Shown: piece by piece, positions 57,167-64,000 of the stretch
How positions within the stretch are numbered: position 1 is the stretch's first letter
Layout of the letters: the number at the start of each line of letters is the position of its first letter
Source: Candidatus Omnitrophota bacterium
GTDB lineage: Bacteria; Omnitrophota; Gorgyraeia; Zapsychrales; Zapsychraceae
Assembly: GCA_021108075.1 (NCBI GenBank)
Contig: JAIORP010000135.1
Span: 87,938 to 151,937 of the forward strand
Direction of reading: 5' to 3'
DNA: 64,000 nt
Program-made: the position numbers and the translations under genes
Notes under the pieces: model-generated
The model's input: only the letters and a program-made list of their open reading frames with translations
Database searches by the model: none
What the model was told of the DNA's origin: nothing

Positions 57167-58783
57167 ATGAACAAAAGAAGATATGTTTTCCATTTCTCCA
57201 TTATTGCCGGCATGGTTGGCCTGGGCCTTTTATTTTCACCTCTTCAAGCCAGCGGGCGCGCCAATAAAGTTTATTCCATCCAGCTGGATGGCGATTCGAT
57301 CAACCCCGTTACATCCGAATACATCATCGGGGCGATCCATAAAGCGACTTTAGATGACGCCGAATGCCTGATCATCAAACTCGACACCCCCGGAGGATTG
57401 CTCAGTTCCACGCGTTCCATTGTGAAAGGAATGCTAACCTCAAAGGTGCCTTTGGTGGTTTACATTTCACCCAGCGGTTCCCGCGCGGGATCAGCCGGCG
57501 TTTTTATCACGTATGCCAGCCACGTTGCGGCCATGGCACCCTCAACACATATCGGAGCCGCCCATCCTGTGTCCTACGGACAAGCCCCGAAGAACAACAA
57601 AGAATGGGAAGACCTGAAGAAAATCATCAAAGAAATCCGCGAACAAACAGAAAAATTATCGGATAAACCGGAAAAATCAACGGACAGAGCTCAAACCCCT
57701 GAAAAAAAACCTGACGCCGAAAAAACAGCGGACGAACCCGGCACCGCGCCAAAAGAATCGACGGGTGTGGATCAAGAGAAAAAAACAGAAAAAAATATAA
57801 CAGATGAAGTAAAAGACAAACCAACAGAAAAAGAAACCGATAACGCGCAAGAAAATGAGGAAAATAATTACGAAGACCTCGTTCCGGACAAAGACGCGAT
57901 GGGCAGCAAAGTGCTGCAAGATACCGTCGCCTTTATCCGCGCGATCGCGCAGGCCCGCAACCGCAATGTAAAATGGGCGGTAAAAAGTGTCACAAAGAGC
58001 ATTTCCATCACGAATGAAGAGGCCATTAAAAAGGGCGTGGTTGAAATCATCGCGAAAAATGACGCGGATTTGCTCAAGCAACTTGATGGCCGTGTTGTGG
58101 TCGTTAACGGGGAAGAACGAAAATTGCACACGGCTTCGGCCACCATTGTCGATCTGTCCATGACGATGCGTCAAGAAATATTCAATGTCCTGGCTGATCC
58201 GAACATTGCTTACATTTTGTTGATCCTTGGATTCTTTGGATTATTGTTCGAAGTGACCCATCCTGGCTTCGGATTGCCGGGAATATTAGGAACGATTTTC
58301 CTCATTTTAGCGTTTTACAGCCTGCAGACATTGCCGACCAATTATGCCGGATTAGCATTAATCCTGGTGGGGATCATCTTCCTGATTGCCGAGGTCTATG
58401 TGCCGGGATTCGGGTTGTTCACCATCAGCGGTATCATCAGTCTGGTGATCGGTTCCCTCCTGCTGTTTGATGCCGGAGACCCGACCATGCGCGTTTCAAA
58501 ATCCATCATTTTTACTATTACGCTGGCATTCTCGGGGATCGCGATCTTCATCCTGCACGCCCTGGTCAAAACCTGCCGGGCAAAAAAAACGACGGGTCAG
58601 GAAGGCATGGTTGGAGCGGAGGGCACCGCGCAAACAACATTGGAACCAGGCAAAAAAGGCAAAGTTTTTGTTCATGGTGAATATTGGAACGCGATCAGCG
58701 ATGAAAAAATCAATAAAGATGAAGATATCGTCGTTGAAAACGTAAAAGGGTTAACCGTTAAAGTTAAGAAAAAAAGCAACTAA
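57167..58783 (+). CDS. NfeD-family membrane-bound ClpP-class serine protease with a C-terminal OB-fold domain. Carries a K/E-rich low-complexity insertion.
   Basis: SPSGSRAGSAGVFITYASHVAAMAPSTHIGAAHP protease motif. Multi-TM central region. C-terminal beta-rich domain. Confidence 0.8.
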   Translation: MNKRRYVFHFSIIAGMVGLGLLFSPLQASGRANKVYSIQLDGDSINPVTSEYIIGAIHKATLDDAECLIIKLDTPGGLLSSTRSIVKGMLTSKVPLVVYISPSGSRAGSAGVFITYASHVAAMAPSTHIGAAHPVSYGQAPKNNKEWEDLKKIIKEIREQTEKLSDKPEKSTDRAQTPEKKPDAEKTADEPGTAPKESTGVDQEKKTEKNITDEVKDKPTEKETDNAQENEENNYEDLVPDKDAMGSKVLQDTVAFIRAIAQARNRNVKWAVKSVTKSISITNEEAIKKGVVEIIAKNDADLLKQLDGRVVVVNGEERKLHTASATIVDLSMTMRQEIFNVLADPNIAYILLILGFFGLLFEVTHPGFGLPGILGTIFLILAFYSLQTLPTNYAGLALILVGIIFLIAEVYVPGFGLFTISGIISLVIGSLLLFDAGDPTMRVSKSIIFTITLAFSGIAIFILHALVKTCRAKKTTGQEGMVGAEGTAQTTLEPGKKGKVFVHGEYWNAISDEKINKDEDIVVENVKGLTVKVKKKSN

Positions 58784-58795
58784 AAGGAGATAATC

Positions 58796-59539
58796 ATGCC
58801 CGTATTTATTGTTATCGTTGTCATCTTGCTCATCCTGGCCTTTAATTGGGTGAAGTTCCCGCGCGAATATGAAAGACTGGTTGTCTTTCGCTTAGGACGT
58901 GTTGACGCTGCTCCTCGAGGGCCGGGAACAACCATTATCGCCTGGCCATTGGAACAATCCATTACCGTCAGCACCCGTACCATCACCCTGGACGTTCCAT
59001 CCCAGGATATTATTACCAAGGATAATATTTCCGCAAAAGTGAACGCGGTTGTTTATTTCCGCGTCATGGAGCCTATTAAAGCCATCTGTGAGGTACAAAA
59101 CTACCAATACGCCACGTCCCAGATGGCGCAAACAACATTGCGCAGTATTTTAGGGGAGATGGATCTCGATGATCTGCTCCAGGAAAGGGAACAGATCAAT
59201 GAACGTCTGCAAACGATCCTGGACAAACAAACAGATCCCTGGGGCATAAAAGTTTCGGCGGTCGAAGTCAAACACGTTGATATTACCGAAGACCTCCGCA
59301 GGGCCATGGCCCGCCAGGCTGAGGCTGAACGGGAAAGGCGCGCGAAAATTATCGCCGCAGAAGGGGAGTTCCAGGCCGCGGCAAAAATATGCGAGGCCGC
59401 TGATATGATGCAAAAATCACCGATGTCTCTGCAATTGCGTTATCTGCAGACATTGGTTGAGATCGGCAGTGAAAATAATACGACAACATTATTCCCCATT
59501 CCGATTGATCTTATGCAGGCCTTTGTGAATAAAAAATAA
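58796..59539 (+). CDS. SPFH/band-7 (stomatin-like) protein, partner of NfeD
   Basis: N-terminal TM, then an SPFH domain ([17 protein letters not shown]...). Coiled-coil [24 protein letters not shown]. Confidence 0.85.
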   Translation: MPVFIVIVVILLILAFNWVKFPREYERLVVFRLGRVDAAPRGPGTTIIAWPLEQSITVSTRTITLDVPSQDIITKDNISAKVNAVVYFRVMEPIKAICEVQNYQYATSQMAQTTLRSILGEMDLDDLLQEREQINERLQTILDKQTDPWGIKVSAVEVKHVDITEDLRRAMARQAEAERERRAKIIAAEGEFQAAAKICEAADMMQKSPMSLQLRYLQTLVEIGSENNTTTLFPIPIDLMQAFVNKK

Positions 59540-59566
59540 ACGCCTATCCGTTTGGTTCACGATAAG

Positions 59567-59643
59567 AAAAACCCGAAGTTAACGTTGAAAAAACCTTATT
59601 CTCCCATATAATAAGATGGTTAACGGTATCTTCGGGTTTTTTA
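59567..59643 (+). terminator. Probable rho-independent terminator after the stomatin gene
   Basis: AAAAACCCGAAG ... CTTCGGGTTTTTT stem with a long (about 50 nt) interior, followed by a T-run. Confidence 0.4.
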
Positions 59644-59696
59644 TATCCGGGAACGATGAAGGATCGAAAAAAATTTATACGGTTGAGGAGTGAGTC

Positions 59697-61094
59697 ATGA
59701 CAGAATTTCGCCAGGAGACAGATAGTATGGGCGCGATGAATGTGCCTGCAGACAAATATTGGGGGGCCCAGACAGCACGCTCACTGAAAAATTTCGATAT
59801 CGGCACAGAAGTATTCTGTCCTGAATTCATCCGCGCCCTTGCCATCGTCAAAAAAGCCTCGGCAAAGGCCAACAAATGCTTTAACAAACTTCCTAAGGAA
59901 AAATTTCAACTGATCACGCAGGCGGCAGAAGAAGTCATGGACGGCCGCTTCAACGACCAGTTCCCCTTGAGCATCTGGCAAACCGGCAGCGGCACACAAA
60001 CAAACATGAACATGAACGAAGTGATTGCCAACCGGGCGATTGAGATCGCCGGGGGTAGGAAGGGCAGCAAGGAGCCCATCCATCCGAATGATGATGTCAA
60101 TATGTCGCAATCCTCCAATGATGTGATCCCCACAGCCATGCATATTTCCTGTAGCACCATGATTCACAAGTCGTTGGTCCCAGGTTTGGACGCTCTGAAG
60201 CGGACATTGGAAAAAAAATCGGCAGAATTTTATCAGATCAATAAAATCGGCCGGACCCATCTAATGGACGCAACCCCAATTTCACTGAAACAAGTCTTCG
60301 ACTCTTTTTCCAAACAAATTGAAGATCAAATGCAAAATTTAAAACACGCGACACACGGCCTGGACCACTTGCCTGTCGGAGGAACAGCCGTCGGCACAGG
60401 GTTTAATACACCGTCCGGGGAATATGCCACAGAAGTGGTGAATGATATTTCAAAAATTTGCGGGTACACGTATCATCCCGCGCCAAATAAATCGATTGGC
60501 ATTGCCTCGCACGACGCCATTGTCGCGTTAAGCGGAGTCTGCAAAACCATCGCGGTCGCTTTGATGAAGATCGCCAATGATATCCGATGGATGGCCTCTG
60601 GCCCGCGTTGCGGCATCGCCGAATTGATTTTACCGGCCAATGAGCCCGGCAGCTCGATCATGCCGGGTAAGGTGAACCCCACCCAGTGTGAGGCCCTGAC
60701 CATGGTCTGCGCGCAGGTGATGGGCAATGATACAACGATCAATATCGCAGGGGCAAGCGGCAATTTTGAATTAAATGTCTACAAACCGGTCATGATATAT
60801 AATATCTTGCAGTCGATCCGATTGCTCAGTGACTCCATCAACCGTTTCAACAAAAACTGTGTGCTGGGGATTCAAGTCAACACCGCAGAAGTCGACGAAC
60901 ACCTGAAAAATTCCCTGATGCTGGTCACGGCACTGAACGCGCACCTGGGTTATGACCAGGCGGCCCGGATCGCAAAAAAAGCGTATGAAGAGAAGACGAC
61001 ATTAAAAGAAGCGGCGCTGGCCTTAGGATTGATCGATGCCCAGACGTTTGATCGCGTGGTTGATCCGTGCAAAATGCTAGGACCACAACAATAA
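59697..61094 (+). CDS. fumC: Fumarate hydratase class II
   Basis: GSSIMPGKVNPTQCEA signature. N-terminal ETDSMGAMNVPADKYWGAQT is typical of FumC. Confidence 0.85.
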   Translation: MTEFRQETDSMGAMNVPADKYWGAQTARSLKNFDIGTEVFCPEFIRALAIVKKASAKANKCFNKLPKEKFQLITQAAEEVMDGRFNDQFPLSIWQTGSGTQTNMNMNEVIANRAIEIAGGRKGSKEPIHPNDDVNMSQSSNDVIPTAMHISCSTMIHKSLVPGLDALKRTLEKKSAEFYQINKIGRTHLMDATPISLKQVFDSFSKQIEDQMQNLKHATHGLDHLPVGGTAVGTGFNTPSGEYATEVVNDISKICGYTYHPAPNKSIGIASHDAIVALSGVCKTIAVALMKIANDIRWMASGPRCGIAELILPANEPGSSIMPGKVNPTQCEALTMVCAQVMGNDTTINIAGASGNFELNVYKPVMIYNILQSIRLLSDSINRFNKNCVLGIQVNTAEVDEHLKNSLMLVTALNAHLGYDQAARIAKKAYEEKTTLKEAALALGLIDAQTFDRVVDPCKMLGPQQ

Positions 61095-61251
61095 TCTGCC
61101 CCTTTATCCTTCGACAGAAGATATCGATATGACACCCGGACAAAAAAATGAACTCAAAAAAAGTATCCGGGCGCGGATCGCTGAAATTTCAGCGAACATG
61201 AAAAGTTTGAAGAAAACATCCTATTCGACAGCATAAAACAAAGACCACACC

Positions 61252-61929
61252 ATGAAAGAAGTCGACATGTATAAACCCCTTAAAAATTTTCTGGAAAAGA
61301 AGGGGTATATTGTGCATTCGGAGGTGGAGAGCATCGACGTAATGGCGCGAAAAGACAATGAATTGTTGATTGTCGAGATGAAGACAACGTTTAACCTTCA
61401 ATTGGTTTATCAGCTGATCGAGCGCCTGAAAATCACCGATCAAGTCTATGCCTATGTTCCGCTGGGAAAAGGCGGGCGCTGGCCAAAACCTTACAAAAGG
61501 ATGTGCGCGCTGCTGAAGCGTCTGCATTGCGGACTGATCACATTGGATCAGCATACACAAAAAAAAGTCGTTGTGGAATATAAACCCGCGCCGTTTAATC
61601 CGCGTAAAAATTACGCAAAGAAAAAGCTGGCCGTCAACGAGTTTGCAGGGCGAAGCATTGACTTGAATCAAGGCGGAAGCACAAAAAAATTATTGTTTAC
61701 GGCGTATAAAGAAAAAACCATCCGCGTCGCGATGTATCTGTTTGAACGCGGGCCTTCATCGACGCAAGATATCAAAAAGGGTCTGGATGTCAAGAATACC
61801 GTGGACATTCTAAACAAAAATTATTTTCATTGGTTTGAACGCGTTTCCCGCGGGGTGTACAGCATCACCCCCGACTTTGAATTCTTCCGGCTAAAATATA
61901 AAAAACAAATTGATCAATTATGGCGGTAA
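61252..61929 (+). CDS. Hypothetical protein: N-terminal PD-(D/E)XK nuclease-like core plus a C-terminal winged-helix-like region
   Basis: IDVMARKDNELLIVEMK (D...ExK arrangement). C-terminal RGVYSITPD wHTH-like end. Confidence 0.4.
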   Translation: MKEVDMYKPLKNFLEKKGYIVHSEVESIDVMARKDNELLIVEMKTTFNLQLVYQLIERLKITDQVYAYVPLGKGGRWPKPYKRMCALLKRLHCGLITLDQHTQKKVVVEYKPAPFNPRKNYAKKKLAVNEFAGRSIDLNQGGSTKKLLFTAYKEKTIRVAMYLFERGPSSTQDIKKGLDVKNTVDILNKNYFHWFERVSRGVYSITPDFEFFRLKYKKQIDQLWR

Positions 61930-62011
61930 GAGATCAACTGCGGGATTAAATCTACACCTGGCCCCTAATTACAATGTTCATATCATTTTTTTATATTTCA
62001 CAAGGTGATAC

Positions 62012-62677
62012 ATGATAAGAACAGTCACTACTTTCTTGTCTATTCTCGTATTTTTTTCTATCATTGCAAATAACGTTTGTGCTGCCGACTACATCGTCAA
62101 CCCGGGCGATACCCTGATCAAAATATCAGAACAGCATCTCGGCGATAATGGGCGTTGGAGGGAGATTGCTGAACAGAATCAATTAAAACCACCCTATGCG
62201 ATTCATGCGGGGCAAAAGCTTGTTTTACCTTCTGAAAACTCAAACAATTTCTTTGCCAATCCCATCAAAATATCAGACACGAAATTAATTTCGAGGATAT
62301 TATTAATTTATTGTCTTGTTTCGATCATCTTTTCCACCTTCAGTTTAAAAATAACATGCTGGTTTTTTTGTATCAAATGCACGCTGAAACAATGCCTTGG
62401 TATTTCATTGATATTTTTATTAATGACATCACCCGCGCTTTTGAGTTATCCTTTTTTCGAAACTCATCTTCAAATATTAAGCGTTCTTTTATTTGTCTTT
62501 GGCCTTGCTGCCACTATCCTGAGTGTTGCGATCATTAAAAAAATCCTCAAATGTAAATGGCGCCAAGCAATGGGTCTGTATTTAGTAGCAGGATTTGTAT
62601 CGCACATCCTTTATTTCTTGTTTAATTTTTTCGGAATGGTGGGCATTGCGGTCTCATTATTTAGTAAAGCGAACTAA
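62012..62677 (+). CDS. LysM-domain membrane protein
   Basis: Signal/TM N-terminus. DYIVNPGDTLIKISEQHLGDNGRWREIAEQNQL...GQKLVLP LysM. Several C-terminal TM helices. Confidence 0.6.
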   Translation: MIRTVTTFLSILVFFSIIANNVCAADYIVNPGDTLIKISEQHLGDNGRWREIAEQNQLKPPYAIHAGQKLVLPSENSNNFFANPIKISDTKLISRILLIYCLVSIIFSTFSLKITCWFFCIKCTLKQCLGISLIFLLMTSPALLSYPFFETHLQILSVLLFVFGLAATILSVAIIKKILKCKWRQAMGLYLVAGFVSHILYFLFNFFGMVGIAVSLFSKAN

Positions 62678-62737
62678 TACAACCGATTTCAGGCAATGCA
62701 ATGAGACTTCCGAAAGGCAATAAGTCCTGACCACTAT

Positions 62738-63994
62738 TTATTCTTCCAAAGAAAAAGGGCGGTCGAAGACCAAACGGTATTTGTCGAGGAAGCGTTGGTA
62801 GGCCTGGACATAGCCCGCATGTCCGTCTTTTGACATCTCATCATAAATCTTCATAATATCCCGCTGAACCTTCTTATTGTCTAAATTCACGCGCAAGGCC
62901 TGGTCATAAAAATCAATCGCCTGCTCATGCCGATCATGTTTCCGGTACAATTGCCCCAGATAAAACATCGCGTTAAAATGCGAGGGTTCATTGCGCAGGC
63001 TTTGCATCAAATATTTTTCAGCTAACTCGTCCAGTCCCAGGTCAAAATACATTTCACCCAGATGAAACTGGGCGTAAGCAAAGTCGGGCTTGATGTCTAA
63101 AGCCCCTGAAAAGAGCGACTGCAAAAAAACCAAACTGATCGCTTCCCGATGATAGCATGTTTGACGTCCGAGCTTAACGGAACGCCTGGCCATGCATAGC
63201 CGGGGAGAACGGTTTTCCTGGCGTAAACAGGTTTGGTATGCCTTGATCAACGAGTCATAAACAACATCCTCTTTATACGCCGCGCCCAGTTTCTCAAAAA
63301 CCAGGGCTGTGGCCCCCTGCTGATGTTTCTCCAACTGATGCGTCCAAAGCTTCACGCTATTTTGCCAAACACAAGCCTGATAAAAGGTTTTAACCCCCAG
63401 GAAAACAAATAACCCGGATAAGGCCAGAAAACACAATGCCCGCGTTGTCGGCGATCGCCATTTCCTCCAGAATTGTTCGATATAATGGCTACAAAACATA
63501 ATAATACCCACACTCGGCAAATACATAAACCGGTCGGCAACCACATTCGCGTCCGCCTGGTTATCAAAGCGCCACAAAAAAAATATTGAACACACATAAA
63601 ACATCAGGCCAAAAATAAATAGGCGGTTCTTGCGGAACCGCACGACCAGCAAAAGCGTTAAAACAAACCCGATCAAAGACGCCAGGTAAACGGGATTGGA
63701 CAGGCTCACCGGTTGCGGCAGATTATAGAGATGGACAAAATAATCCGGGAAAAAAAACTTGCGCAGATAAAACATAGCCGACCAGGTCCAGATCAAGGCG
63801 GATTGCGGCCAGATAACCATAGGTTCACGGGCCTGTGTTCCGTATGAGATCAAAACAACCGGGACCAACATAAAGCCGATCACCAGTTTCTCCATTAGTG
63901 TCACGGCATTGATCGGCCGCTTTTTAAACCAGTCACATAAAAGCAAAATAAATGGGAGACTCAGGGCCATGGGCTTAGATAACACGCTCAACAA
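62738..63994 (-). CDS. TMTC-like polytopic membrane protein with C-terminal TPR repeats (PMT/DUF1736-type, putative GT-C protein O-glycosyltransferase). Probably N-terminally truncated by the window edge.
   Basis: Multiple TM helices with a DRFMYLPSVG motif. TPR-like repeats follow (YAQFHLGEMYFDLG..., FNAMFYLGQLYRK...). The ORF runs to within 6 nt of the window end. Confidence 0.6.
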   Translation of the reverse strand: MLSVLSKPMALSLPFILLLCDWFKKRPINAVTLMEKLVIGFMLVPVVLISYGTQAREPMVIWPQSALIWTWSAMFYLRKFFFPDYFVHLYNLPQPVSLSNPVYLASLIGFVLTLLLVVRFRKNRLFIFGLMFYVCSIFFLWRFDNQADANVVADRFMYLPSVGIIMFCSHYIEQFWRKWRSPTTRALCFLALSGLFVFLGVKTFYQACVWQNSVKLWTHQLEKHQQGATALVFEKLGAAYKEDVVYDSLIKAYQTCLRQENRSPRLCMARRSVKLGRQTCYHREAISLVFLQSLFSGALDIKPDFAYAQFHLGEMYFDLGLDELAEKYLMQSLRNEPSHFNAMFYLGQLYRKHDRHEQAIDFYDQALRVNLDNKKVQRDIMKIYDEMSKDGHAGYVQAYQRFLDKYRLVFDRPFSLEE

Positions 63995-64000
63995 GGCGCA

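Noticed and set aside
61130-61201. Possible small basic ORF after fumC (ATG 61130)
   Set aside because: On recounting, the frame hits a stop after only about 23 codons (MTPGKKMNSKKVSGRGSLKFQRT). Too short and unsupported.
1-64000. Looked for CRISPR arrays, integrase/transposase/recombinase genes, phage genes, toxin-antitoxin pairs and restriction-modification systems
   Set aside because: No direct-repeat/spacer arrays and no ORF with transposase, integrase or phage hallmark motifs were seen. The locus looks like chromosomal glycan and housekeeping content, not a mobile island, although the very AT-rich, GT-dense block could still be horizontally acquired.

Overview
AT-rich bacterial window with no rRNA, tRNA, CRISPR array or mobile-element gene that I could recognise. 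Almost every gene from 2.3 kb to 61.9 kb sits on the + strand.

- 27-1979: a probably 5'-partial coiled-coil protein gene carrying a near-perfect 216-bp tandem triplication.
- 2.3-13.2 kb: a polysaccharide initiation/export core of the type seen in PEP-CTERM/exosortase-associated EPS loci. It holds a WecA/MraY-family initiating transferase, an ExeA/GspA-like AAA ATPase, an HD-GYP protein, a Wza-like OPX protein, a Wzc-like PCP/BY-kinase and a Wzy_C/O-antigen-ligase-like protein, directly followed by a Wzm/Wzt ABC transporter whose Wzt has a C-terminal carbohydrate-binding extension.
- 13.2-50.9 kb: a very large glycan-tailoring block.
  - About 15 glycosyltransferases: GT2 x5 including a tandem GT2-GT2, GT4 x4-5, GT9 heptosyltransferase, GT11 alpha-1,2-fucosyltransferase and a CgeB-like GT.
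  - Several SAM methyltransferases, including one protein with three MTase domains.
  - A heptose-type sugar-activation set: SIS isomerase, GHMP kinase, IMPase-family phosphatase and nucleotidyltransferases.
  - A B12-binding radical SAM enzyme, DegT and class-I aminotransferases, a PIG-L deacetylase, a WbqC-like protein and an extended-SDR epimerase.
  - An unusual embedded module: a LeuA/NifV-like synthase, a split TPP-dependent E1/transketolase-like alpha/beta pair, an SDR and a cytidylyltransferase-cupin fusion.
- 51.1-53.3 kb: a secreted beta-helix-repeat protein with a C-terminal PEP-CTERM sorting signal, bracketed by two copies of the same palindromic hairpin element.
- 53.5-64 kb: housekeeping genes gltA, pepA, an NfeD-stomatin pair and fumC, plus a PD-(D/E)XK/wHTH-like protein, a LysM membrane protein and, on the - strand, an edge-truncated TMTC-like TM+TPR protein.

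Small antisense or overlapping ORFs in the six-frame track are judged spurious.
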